A DNA stretch of 64,000 nucleotides from an uncultured Chromatiaceae bacterium (lineage in GTDB: Bacteria > Pseudomonadota > Gammaproteobacteria > Tenderiales > Tenderiaceae). Position numbers and translations under genes: made by a program. Position 1 is the first letter of the stretch. Every line of letters starts with the position of its first letter. The notes under the pieces are model-generated. The model saw nothing but the letters and a program-made list of their open reading frames with translations, ran no database searches and was not told the origin of the DNA. Positions 11,045 through 19,699 of the stretch are shown here, piece by piece. The stretch covers positions 9,453 through 73,452 of the forward strand of contig CALZIO010000006.1 of NCBI GenBank assembly GCA_945787785.1, written 5' to 3'.

Positions 11045-12184
11045 ATGAACCACAGCCGCAGTTATGGCCGCTGGATCGACCGCCGCCCAACTGGCCGTTT
11101 CACCACCCGCAGCCTGCATATGGACTGGCCCTTGTTGTTTGGATTGATCGCCCTCTCTGGCGTTGGTTTGGTGGTGCTCTACAGTGCTGGCGGGCAAGAC
11201 ATGGATTTGATCTGGCGCCAGGGCATTCGGCTTGGTCTCGCCTTTGGCGTGATGTTCGTCATCGCCCAGATCCCACCTCATCACATCGAACGCTGGGCCC
11301 CCTGGCTATTTGGTGTAGGCGTGCTGATGCTGATTGCGGTACTCATCTTTGGCGCGATTGGCAAAGGTGCGCAACGCTGGCTAGATCTTGGCTTATTCCG
11401 CTTTCAGCCTTCCGAAATCATGAAACTGGCGGTACCCATGATGATTGCCTGGTACCTGGCCGAAAATACCCTGCCGCCGCCGCGCAGAGCCATGGCCATC
11501 ACAGTTCTGATTATTGTGGTGCCTGTCGTGCTAATCGTTAAACAACCTGATCTCGGCACCTCACTGCTGATCGCTATGGCCGGTGTTTTTGCCCTACTGC
11601 TGGCTGGCATTTCCTGGCGCCTGGTGGGAGGAATGTCTGTGCTGGTTGCCGCTTTTACACCAATAGTGTGGTTTTTTGGCATGCACGACTACCAGCGTCA
11701 GCGGGTACTCACCTTCCTGAACCCGGAAAGTGATCCACTTGGTTCTGGCTACCACATCATTCAATCCAAGATTGCCATTGGCTCGGGCGGCTTGTACGGC
11801 AAGGGCTGGCTTAACGGCACCCAGTCCCAACTGGAGTTTCTGCCCGAGCGTTCCACAGATTTTATCTTTGCCGTATTTGCCGAAGAGTTTGGTTTTTTCG
11901 GCATTCTGCTATTACTGGCACTTTATCTCTATATCATCGCCCGTGGCCTGTATATCTCCGCCCAGGCGCAAGATACATTCACCCGCCTACTGGCTGGCAG
12001 CCTGACACTTACGTTTTTCGTCTACCTGGTCGTCAATATTGGTATGGTGTCAGGGATGTTGCCGGTAGTGGGCTTACCGTTGCCATTGGTCAGTTATGGC
12101 GGCACCTCAATGGTGACGCTGATGGCGGCGTTTGGCATCCTGATGTCCATCCAGACACATCGAAAACTACTCACGAGCGGATAA
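11045..12184 (+). CDS. rodA: peptidoglycan glycosyltransferase RodA (SEDS family)
   Basis: 379-aa polytopic SEDS pattern (PSEIMKLA, QPDLGT, GGTSM). SD AGGAG at 11033-11037. Confidence 0.9.
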   Translation: MNHSRSYGRWIDRRPTGRFTTRSLHMDWPLLFGLIALSGVGLVVLYSAGGQDMDLIWRQGIRLGLAFGVMFVIAQIPPHHIERWAPWLFGVGVLMLIAVLIFGAIGKGAQRWLDLGLFRFQPSEIMKLAVPMMIAWYLAENTLPPPRRAMAITVLIIVVPVVLIVKQPDLGTSLLIAMAGVFALLLAGISWRLVGGMSVLVAAFTPIVWFFGMHDYQRQRVLTFLNPESDPLGSGYHIIQSKIAIGSGGLYGKGWLNGTQSQLEFLPERSTDFIFAVFAEEFGFFGILLLLALYLYIIARGLYISAQAQDTFTRLLAGSLTLTFFVYLVVNIGMVSGMLPVVGLPLPLVSYGGTSMVTLMAAFGILMSIQTHRKLLTSG

Positions 12185-12189
12185 CTTCT

Positions 12190-13203
12190 ATGCGAAATCA
12201 CTGGCAAAAACTGTTTCTATCAACTGCATTGTGCGGCGCCTTGCTCAGCCCCCTGGCAAGCAATGCCAATACGGCTCAACGCGAAGATGTGAAAAGCTTC
12301 ATCGATCGCCTTGTCGATAAACATGATTTTGATCGCACTGAACTCGGACAGTTATTTAAGCAGGTTGAAATCCAGCCAGAGATTATCGATGCCATGAACC
12401 GCCCCTATGAAAGCAAGCCTTGGTATGACTACCGGCCGATTTTTGTTACCGAGGCTCGCATTCAGGAAGGGGCCATATTTCTGCAACAAAACTACAAGGT
12501 GCTGAAACAGGCTGAAGAGAAATATGGCGTACCTGCCGAAATCATCACCGCCATCCTCGGCGTTGAAACCCGTTACGGCCGTTACCGAGGCAAGTACCGC
12601 GTAGTTGATTCCTTAGCCACACTCGGCTTTGATTACCCACGCCGCAGTAAGTTTTTCTTAAACGAACTGGAAGAGTTTCTACTCCTCAGTCGAGAAGAAC
12701 AATTTGATCCTCTTGCCATTACTGGCTCATATGCCGGCGCTATGGGTAAACCGCAGTTCATCTCCAGCAGCTATCGTCATTACGCCGTGGATTTTGATGG
12801 CGATGGTATTCGCGACCTACTCGACAACAGCGTCGATGCCATCGGCAGTGTGGCCAATTACCTGGCGCGCCATGGCTGGCAGCGAAATCAACCCATCGCG
12901 GTCAAAACAACCGCCAATCAGCAGCAACCCAAGCAGATGGGCAAGCTGAAAAAACCAAACACTGAAATCCAGCAATGGCGCAAACAGGGATTCACACCTG
13001 ACCAGGCAATTTCAGACGAGCTGTTGGCAGAGCTGATTGTGCTACAGAATAAAAATGGATCGGAATACTGGCTTGGCATGCAAAACTTTTATGCCATTAC
13101 CCGCTATAACCACAGCGCCCTGTACGCCATGGCAGTTTATCAGTTGAGCCTGGGCATAGACCAGCGCGTTGATTCATTGAAAAAGGAAACCATAAGCAAT
13201 TGA
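12190..13203 (+). CDS. mltB: lytic murein transglycosylase B family
   Basis: Signal peptide plus the MltB-type motifs GVETRYGRY and SYAGAMGKPQFISSSY. Confidence 0.85.
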   Translation: MRNHWQKLFLSTALCGALLSPLASNANTAQREDVKSFIDRLVDKHDFDRTELGQLFKQVEIQPEIIDAMNRPYESKPWYDYRPIFVTEARIQEGAIFLQQNYKVLKQAEEKYGVPAEIITAILGVETRYGRYRGKYRVVDSLATLGFDYPRRSKFFLNELEEFLLLSREEQFDPLAITGSYAGAMGKPQFISSSYRHYAVDFDGDGIRDLLDNSVDAIGSVANYLARHGWQRNQPIAVKTTANQQQPKQMGKLKKPNTEIQQWRKQGFTPDQAISDELLAELIVLQNKNGSEYWLGMQNFYAITRYNHSALYAMAVYQLSLGIDQRVDSLKKETISN

Positions 13204-13214
13204 GGATTAGAGTC

Positions 13215-13239
13215 GTTACCTCACATTAGAGGTAACTTT
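13215..13239 (+). terminator. hairpin just after the mltB stop (weak terminator candidate)
   Basis: GTTACCTC-acatta-GAGGTAAC followed only by TTT. It also overlaps the 3' end of the decayed transposase reading frame on the other strand. Confidence 0.35.
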
Positions 13240-14156
13240 CACATACTGGAAAATCACTTGGAGTTTCTTCTCGATAGTTTGTTTGAGTATAAAGAGGTTA
13301 ACCGACTGGTAAACAGTTTTCAGTCGCGCTTTGGCCTCATCGGCCACTTGCTCTGATGTCAACACACGGCGGCAAAGGTGTTTGGGGATCATCATATTCA
13401 TTGCGGTACTTTGAGTTGGTGCGCTGTTTTTCCAGCAGCTTGATAGTGGGGTAAAAATGGTTCTGATAAAGCGAGCATTCATTGGCATAGAGGTCGTTTA
13501 TCAGCGGCAATAGTTCTGGTTTGTCGGAGCGATCGTAACCGAACCGCTGCCGCACGTGAGACCAGTTTTTCTGTTCCACTGGGCATTGTCGTTTTTCTTG
13601 TAGGTCCGCGAACGGGTGAAGTAGACGACCTTGGGGCGGTCGGTAAAATAGCGCACCAGGTGGTGGTTGATGAATTCCGAGCCGTAGTACAAACGGTACC
13701 TTGCAGAACAAAAGGTAACGTGTTTTCGATGTCCTGAATCTGCGTCAACACCCCTTGCGCCCCTGCTTGAGCCGTACGGATATCAGCAGCCGGTCGATGA
13801 TCGACAGCAGTCAGGCCTGGGGCTCTGTTGTCAGCGGTTCGTAGACAGTCTCGTAAAACAGTAATCACAGCGGAATCGCCGCTTTGAGTTTCTTGGAGCA
13901 CATCTGGTCGCAGGTAAACCAGAAGCGTTTCAGCGCGGCCAGCAATGCCGGTGAAGGATAGATGGGTTTTTGCCCGGGACGCTGCCGTCGGATCCAAGAT
14001 CTGCCCGGGCTGGTTTAGCAGTTGATGACGTATTTGCGGTAATAACCGCAGACAGCAAAGGATTCATCGAGAATCGTGGCCTTGGCCTTTTTGTTGCCCC
14101 GCCAATAACGGGATGGAATAGCCTTTAGATAAGCCTGGTATTAATTTTTTGCCCAT
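13216..14156 (-). pseudogene. decayed rve-type DDE transposase gene (IS remnant; frameshifts, stops and an internal deletion)
   Basis: Homology-like segments are spread over three frames. N-terminal: QAYLKAIPSRYWRGNKKAKATILDESFAVCGYYRKYVINC*. Then PALLAALKRFWFTCDQMCSKKLKAAIPL. Integrase-core tail: YGSEFINHHLVRYF..VYFTRSRTYKKNDNAQ / VEQKNWSHVRQRFGYDR...LYQNHFYPTIKL. C-terminal: RVLTSEQVADEAKARLKTVYQSVNLFILKQ. The span is too short (about 940 bp) for an intact copy. Confidence 0.7.
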
Positions 14157-14486
14157 ATTACATCCCTCATACGGCTACCTGTAATATGAGTCAACGATGC
14201 TGAGTCACCTCTCCGTACAGTTACATTTTTTATGATTCAATTCGCATCTCAGTTTGCGTTTCTTCATAACCTATACTACTTTCATAATGAGGCAATTAAA
14301 TGCATTGGCTCAACAACTCCTTCCCCTCTCAGGAAAATCGTAGGATGGGGATTAGCACTGTGATGTTTTTAAGCTGTCTAGCCCCCAGGCTAGTTCTTCC
14401 GCTGCTAGGGGGAGTGAACTTTCATTTAGGCGCCGGATGAATAAATATTTTTTCTTACAATAAAATTAAACAAGGAGGTAATCTCC

Positions 14487-15023
14487 ATGAAAACAGTCAA
14501 AAAATCATTTCTAACGTTAGGCACATTAATGTTCTTAATCGGAGCATTGGCGATTCAGATGGTAACAGCTCGAGTAGCATATGCTCAGGAGATACTGTCC
14601 TATTCTGCAAAATTTATCTGTGGGAGTAAGAATGGCGATTTTATACAAACTGTTGCGGGCGTTTATGGTACGTCGATAAACATCCACAATCCTCAAGAGT
14701 TTACGGTCGGTTTTAATAAGAAAGCAGTAATAGCGCTGCCTCAGCGCAGGGAGCGTGGTAAAATTTCACCGTTTGTTCAGGAATTCTTGAGGCCAGATGA
14801 AGCCATGGGCGTTGATTGTCAAGACATTAGGAAGCTTTATCTTGTTCCGCCCGGCGGTTTTATTGAGGGGTTTCTAGTTCTTCGAGTTCCGACTGAGACA
14901 GGAGCCCCTCCTATGGAATTAGATGTAGTTGGTGTTTATACAGCGCGACAAGGGCCCGGACAGGTCGAAACTATCGATGTTGAAGAAGTCCGCCCGAAAT
15001 TGATTATGGTACCTGCACAATGA
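14487..15023 (+). CDS. secreted hypothetical protein (178 aa), function unknown
   Basis: Consensus SD AAGGAGGT (14472-14479) lies 7 nt before the ATG. Signal peptide with AYA-QE cleavage-like site. Two Cys residues (KFICG, VDCQDI). Terminator at 15233-15263. Confidence 0.65.
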   Translation: MKTVKKSFLTLGTLMFLIGALAIQMVTARVAYAQEILSYSAKFICGSKNGDFIQTVAGVYGTSINIHNPQEFTVGFNKKAVIALPQRRERGKISPFVQEFLRPDEAMGVDCQDIRKLYLVPPGGFIEGFLVLRVPTETGAPPMELDVVGVYTARQGPGQVETIDVEEVRPKLIMVPAQ

Positions 15024-15232
15024 TCAATGGCAACCTGGAGCGCGAGTCGAACTGGAAGCGGTTAATATATACTGAAGATAGCAGTTAGGGATATTTGTGA
15101 CAGTTTTGGGAATACATATTGGCTCAGTTTGATACTGATAAATATTGTTTGAAATTACTAATTCACTTGACTTCTCATGCACTAATCACAACTTGATAAA
15201 TTCTAATAATGCAAGCTGAACGCGTTTACGAA

Positions 15233-15263
15233 GGGCTGCCAACCAATGCTGGCAGCCCTTTTT
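15233..15263 (+). terminator. rho-independent terminator
   Basis: GGGCTGCCA-accaatgc-TGGCAGCCC followed by TTTTT. Confidence 0.8.
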
Positions 15264-15550
15264 GTTAATCAACTTACTAAATTATTTCTCAGCTCACGTT
15301 CTGAATATCACTGGTCTTGCCTTCAGCGGAATTGCAAACTGTAAGCGAAAAATAGATTACACGCTGTCCCTGACGAATTAACACTCATGCCATCATTGGC
15401 ATTTGATACAAAGCTTTCGGTTACATCTATTATGAGTCAATTCGCTTATTACACACCCCGGCAAAAAATAGTCTATATTTAATGAGTATGAGCTATGGAT
15501 ATCTGTAAAATACCCATAGCAGATTTTCATTGCATGCGGAGGTGGCCATC

Positions 15551-15688
15551 ATGAATGAAAAAACACGAAAACAATCCGATTCAGCAAATGAGCCGGAAAC
15601 AGAATGTTGCGATCTTTATGATGAGTATTGCTATCCCTGTGTACCGACTGAGAACGATGATACAAAACAGGAAAAAGCTGACGATTAA
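15551..15688 (+). CDS. candidate 45-aa acidic Cys-rich peptide (alternative to the overlapping 15555..15752 ORF)
   Basis: SD GGAGGTG (15538-15544) lies 6 nt before ATG 15551. Translation: MNEKTRKQSDSANEPETECCDLYDEYCYPCVPTENDDTKQEKADD, ending in tandem stops TAATAA. Too short for the supplied ORF track. Confidence 0.35.
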   Translation: MNEKTRKQSDSANEPETECCDLYDEYCYPCVPTENDDTKQEKADD

Positions 15689-15892
15689 TAAAGAGCTAGT
15701 GGAATTAAATTTGCCCTTGATTGAGCCAAGGCAAGCGAACGGGATCTCCTAACTGCTTGCCTAATTCTATCTGCTTTTTGATGACTTAATAATTGCAGCT
15801 GAACATACTCAGCAGCAACAAGGTGTTCTCATTCATTCACAGCGTTGTGAGCTGACCAAGAGCACCTAACTTTTTCACCCCATGCCAATCAA

Positions 15893-17101
15893 TCAAAGCC
15901 GGTGGCGTTGATCTTGAAACATGAAGCCTTTCAGGTCGATATCCAGTCCCTTACCCATTGCCAGCACCTTAAACAATTCACCCATCTCATTCGGCAGGGT
16001 GAGCTTTTTTACCTGCTGACTAACTTCCAGGTAATGGCGACTATCTGCCGGATCAATTTCAGCCAGCATCTCTGTCACACCTGTGGTCAACAAAAACTGC
16101 GCTTGATTTGTATAGCCCATCACATCCAGGCCGGCAGACTGGCCGGCAGAGGCAAGTGCGGTAAAATCCACATGGGCAGTAATGTCCTGCAAACCCACCA
16201 GGATGAGAGGGTCGCCATGGGCGCGATGTCGATAGTGACACATCAAGGTACCCGTGGTGCGATCAGGATGATAATACTCATGCTGTGGAAAACCATAATC
16301 AATAATCAGCGCCGCGCCTTTTTCCAGCATGGCCGCCAAGCTATTGATCCAAGCTGTTTGCGTGACATTGATCTCGGTTAAATAGCCCGGGCAAAACACC
16401 TCTTCACCCAACTCCGCCTGAAGGTGACTGACTCTTTGAAGCAATTCATCTGACTCAAGCGGCTTGTCCTGCCAGTTAAAGCCTCGTGCGTTATAACTGA
16501 CGAAACGCGCTTGTATTCCCTGCTGCTGAAACAACAACAAATCTAACGGCATGGCATCCACTACTTCATTTGCCAGGATCACGCCCTGAAAGCCGGAAGC
16601 AGGCAAGGCGTCGAGCCAACAAATTCGGTCTAATAAATGAGGCACGCGTTGCTTGATGGTTTGCTGCTGTCGCTGTTTCAGGTCCGGGCTTAATTCAAGA
16701 ATAAAATACTGCCCAGGTAGTGAACCGAGCTGTTCAAGCTTTAACAACACATCACTCGCCATGACACCTGTACCAGCACCAAATTCGAGGATGTCACCAA
16801 AACCAATCGCATGTAGCACCTGCTGACACTGCCTGGCCACACATCTTGAAAACAAAGGAGACAGCTCTGGCGCGGTGACATAATCACCAGCCTCACCAAA
16901 CTTTCTGGCACCGGCACTGTAATAACCCAGCCCCGGTTGATACAGGGCCATTTGCATAAAGCGGGCAAAACTGATTGCGCCACCGGCCGCATCAATTTCT
17001 GCGCAAATAGCGGCCTGTAATTGACTGCTGTATTGTTGCGCTACTTCATCTGGCAAAGGCAGGTCGGCAGCTTGGGGCTGCTGCGGAGGTGTTTGCATCA
17101 A
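15893..17101 (-). CDS. class I SAM-dependent methyltransferase, MidA/NDUFAF7 (DUF185) family
   Basis: Contains ISFARFMQMALYQPGLGYYS...GDYVTAPELSPLF and ILEFGAGTGVMA, typical of the MidA family. Confidence 0.8.
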   Translation of the reverse strand: MMQTPPQQPQAADLPLPDEVAQQYSSQLQAAICAEIDAAGGAISFARFMQMALYQPGLGYYSAGARKFGEAGDYVTAPELSPLFSRCVARQCQQVLHAIGFGDILEFGAGTGVMASDVLLKLEQLGSLPGQYFILELSPDLKQRQQQTIKQRVPHLLDRICWLDALPASGFQGVILANEVVDAMPLDLLLFQQQGIQARFVSYNARGFNWQDKPLESDELLQRVSHLQAELGEEVFCPGYLTEINVTQTAWINSLAAMLEKGAALIIDYGFPQHEYYHPDRTTGTLMCHYRHRAHGDPLILVGLQDITAHVDFTALASAGQSAGLDVMGYTNQAQFLLTTGVTEMLAEIDPADSRHYLEVSQQVKKLTLPNEMGELFKVLAMGKGLDIDLKGFMFQDQRHRL

Positions 17102-17166
17102 TATTCCTGTTTGGTTCTCGATAAGTTACAGTGCACACAGTCTATCTGAATTAGGTATGAAACTCG

Positions 17167-17931
17167 ATGAGCAAGCAATCAGCTCCCCAAGCAGATATCA
17201 GCGGCAATGTGGCTCTGATCACCGGCGCGGCCCATCGTATCGGTGCTGAAATAGCATGCCAGCTACACCAGGTGGGTATGAATATCGTTTTGCATTATCG
17301 CAACTCAAAAGAGAAGGCCGAGGCGTTGGCAGCACAGCTAAATGCTGACCGGCCTGATTCCGTTGTGCTGATTCAAGCCAATCTGCTCGAGACTAACAGC
17401 CTGCCTGACGTGATTACAGCTGCCTGCAAACCGTGGCAACGGCTTGATGTGCTAATTAACAACGCCTCCACTTTTTATCCCACTGCCATTGGCAGTGCCA
17501 GCGAGGCCGAGTGGGACGATTTGATTGGCAGCAATTTGAAGGCACCTTTTTTTCTGTCGCAGGCAGCTGCCACCGCATTACGTCAGCAACAGGGTTGTAT
17601 TATCAATATTGTCGATATTCATTCGCAGCGGCCAATGAAGGGCTACCCTATCTACAGCGCTGCCAAGGCCGGGCTTGCCATGCTGACCATGTCGCTGGCG
17701 CGTGAACTGGGACCAGAAGTACGGGTGAACGGTGTTGCTCCCGGCGCTATTCTATGGCCGGAACATGAAATGGACGAGCAGAGCAAACAGGAGATCATCG
17801 ACCGCACCGCATTAAAGCGGCAAGGCTCGCCTGCGGACATCGCCCGCACCGTGTTGTTTCTAATCAAAGATGCAGATTACATTAGTGGCCAGATAATTAA
17901 TGTCGATGGTGGCCGTACGTTGGGTTTCTAA
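17167..17931 (+). CDS. short-chain dehydrogenase, pteridine-reductase-like
   Basis: TGAAHRIG cofactor motif and YSAAK catalytic motif. Neighbours folK/folB, as is common for FolM/PTR1-like SDRs. Confidence 0.7.
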   Translation: MSKQSAPQADISGNVALITGAAHRIGAEIACQLHQVGMNIVLHYRNSKEKAEALAAQLNADRPDSVVLIQANLLETNSLPDVITAACKPWQRLDVLINNASTFYPTAIGSASEAEWDDLIGSNLKAPFFLSQAAATALRQQQGCIINIVDIHSQRPMKGYPIYSAAKAGLAMLTMSLARELGPEVRVNGVAPGAILWPEHEMDEQSKQEIIDRTALKRQGSPADIARTVLFLIKDADYISGQIINVDGGRTLGF

Positions 17932-17932
17932 G

Positions 17933-19132
17933 TTAAAGAAAAGACTTCGGATCGATTTTCACTTTTTCCGGGGCAACCGCCTCATCTATCATCATATCTG
18001 ACATCGCCAGATCAATATCGCTGGGTAAAACAGCACGGCCGAATTCTTCATCAAAAACCACTCGCACCCTGGGCTGAAGCAAATGCTCTTCATCCTGTTC
18101 AACCACTACTGCCAGCTTGCCTGTGTTGAGCCGCACTAGCGTACCAACAGGATAAATACCAACGCAACGAACAAACTGGTGAGTTACCGCTTCACCAAAA
18201 TGGTTTGGGCTCCACTCTAGCAATTTACCCAGCGTATAGGTTGGCTCCCATGATTTTTTATAACAACGGTTAGAAGTCAAGGCATCATAGACATCGACAA
18301 CCGCTGACATTCGTCCCACATCCGAAAGTTCTTCATCAACCAATCCATGTGGGTAACCGGTACCGTCAATACGCTCATGGTGTTGCCGAATAATGTTCAT
18401 GGATAAATCGCCCATCCAGCCAAGCTCATCCAACAACTCTTCGCCGTATTCAACATGGCGCCGCATTTCCTGGTGCTCATCCTCTGTTAATGGCCCAGGT
18501 TTATTCAGAATTTCAGGCGAGACGCGCATTTTACCCAAGTCATGCAATAACGAACCAACCGCTATCTGACGAGTGGTCTCACTATCGTAATCCATCGCTC
18601 TGGCAAATGCTGTCATCAGCACACAAACACTGATGGAATGCATAAAGGTATATTGATCCACTTTTTTAATACGTGACAGTGTCATTAACGCATCTTTATT
18701 ACGAAAAACCGATTCGGTAATACTCTCCACAACCTCATTAATTACATCGCTTTCAAGATGGCGGCCAAAACGAATATCACACATGAATGTTCTTACGGTG
18801 GAACAGGCCTCTTGCATGATAACTTGAGCCCGTATCAATTCTGATTTAAAACTCACTTGTTTTGGCAGACCCACCTGCTCTTCGGCAAGTTGTTGTCGCC
18901 TGCTTTCTACCCTCCGCTTGATCACCTCAAACGGCTCTGCCAGTTCGTAATCAAGACCACGCTCGGTATCGATATAAACGTGCTTGATACCCGCGGCGAT
19001 CACCTCATTAATGACCAGCTTGTTTTTAATGGAAAAGCGACTGCTAAGAAATGGATGATTGATCCATGAAGCATCCAGATCATGAATAAACATACCGACC
19101 TTGAGTTTATCTGCGGCAATTTTTTTTATCAT
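17933..19132 (-). CDS. HD-GYP domain c-di-GMP phosphodiesterase-like protein with DUF3391-type N-terminus
   Basis: Contains LLHDLGK and HHERIDGTGYPHGL (HD...GYP). Confidence 0.85.
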   Translation of the reverse strand: MIKKIAADKLKVGMFIHDLDASWINHPFLSSRFSIKNKLVINEVIAAGIKHVYIDTERGLDYELAEPFEVIKRRVESRRQQLAEEQVGLPKQVSFKSELIRAQVIMQEACSTVRTFMCDIRFGRHLESDVINEVVESITESVFRNKDALMTLSRIKKVDQYTFMHSISVCVLMTAFARAMDYDSETTRQIAVGSLLHDLGKMRVSPEILNKPGPLTEDEHQEMRRHVEYGEELLDELGWMGDLSMNIIRQHHERIDGTGYPHGLVDEELSDVGRMSAVVDVYDALTSNRCYKKSWEPTYTLGKLLEWSPNHFGEAVTHQFVRCVGIYPVGTLVRLNTGKLAVVVEQDEEHLLQPRVRVVFDEEFGRAVLPSDIDLAMSDMMIDEAVAPEKVKIDPKSFL

Positions 19133-19206
19133 GCCAAGCTTTTTTCCTTGGTTGGATCTGGTCAGTTGTTTCTCTATTTGTTACTTCGTCCTAAAGCACA
19201 ATAAAC

Positions 19207-19698
19207 TTAGCCCCAACTAAACTCTATCGGCCAGATTGACTGGCTCTCTTTTTCATATTCACTCCACATTGCGGCAAATGTGTGTCCGATTTGTGGGTGC
19301 ACCCGATCACCAGCGATTTCGGCCAGCGGCCAAAGCACAAAGGCATTTTGACAAATCTCATCGCGTGGAATATTGAGTCCATCATGATTAATGATTTCAT
19401 CATCATACAGCAATAGATCAAGATCGATTGTGCGTGAACTGTACTTGGGCCCCTTACGATCACGGGCGCGGCCATCTTCAATTTTGCGCAATACTTTGGC
19501 CACCTCATAAACATCCTGGTCAGTGTCAAAACCCACCACCAGGTTGTAGAAATTATCACCCGCAAAGCCTACCGCCTCACTCTCGTACACACTAGAGATC
19601 AATAAGCCCGCATAATATTGATTTAATTCATTGATGGCCGAACGGATATTCACCGCCGGGTCGATATTGCTGCCTACGCTGATATAAACACTCGCCAT
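19207..19698 (-). CDS. folK: 2-amino-4-hydroxy-6-hydroxymethyldihydropteridine diphosphokinase
   Basis: Start trimmed to MASVYISVGSNIDP (ATG at 19698, 1 nt after the folB stop). Contains the RTIDLDLL motif. Confidence 0.9.
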   Translation of the reverse strand: MASVYISVGSNIDPAVNIRSAINELNQYYAGLLISSVYESEAVGFAGDNFYNLVVGFDTDQDVYEVAKVLRKIEDGRARDRKGPKYSSRTIDLDLLLYDDEIINHDGLNIPRDEICQNAFVLWPLAEIAGDRVHPQIGHTFAAMWSEYEKESQSIWPIEFSWG

Positions 19699-19699
19699 A

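Noticed and set aside
10889-11284. 131-aa minus-strand ORF spanning the mrdA-rodA spacer and the rodA 5' end.
   Set aside because: It overlaps the rodA start antisense, has no SD and has odd composition. The spacer is better explained as structured RNA or repeat DNA.
14231-14362. Short upstream ORFs beginning inside the 26-nt repeats: MIQFASQF... (43 aa, from 14231) and MSQFAYYTPRQKIVYI (16 aa, from 15431).
   Set aside because: Neither has any SD-like sequence, and similarity ends after five codons. The conservation is more simply explained at the DNA level.
15386-15414. Possible third repeat family: CATGCCAtcattggcatttgataCAAAGC versus CATGCCAatcaatCAAAGC (15881-15899, overlapping the methyltransferase stop). 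Also an inverted match of CAGCTCACGTTCTGAAT (15290-15306) to ATTCACAGCGTTGTGAGCTG (15835-15854).
   Set aside because: Only short blocks of 5-7 nt match, separated by indels, so this could be chance in AT-rich DNA. It needs a proper alignment with statistics before being treated as an att-like duplication.
14150-15900. Integron gene-cassette array interpretation of the [A]-ORF-[B] repeats.
   Set aside because: There is no intI-type tyrosine recombinase, no attI, and the repeats do not show the attC architecture (RYYYAAC ... GTTRRRY imperfect palindrome). The nearby mobile-element relic is a DDE transposase.
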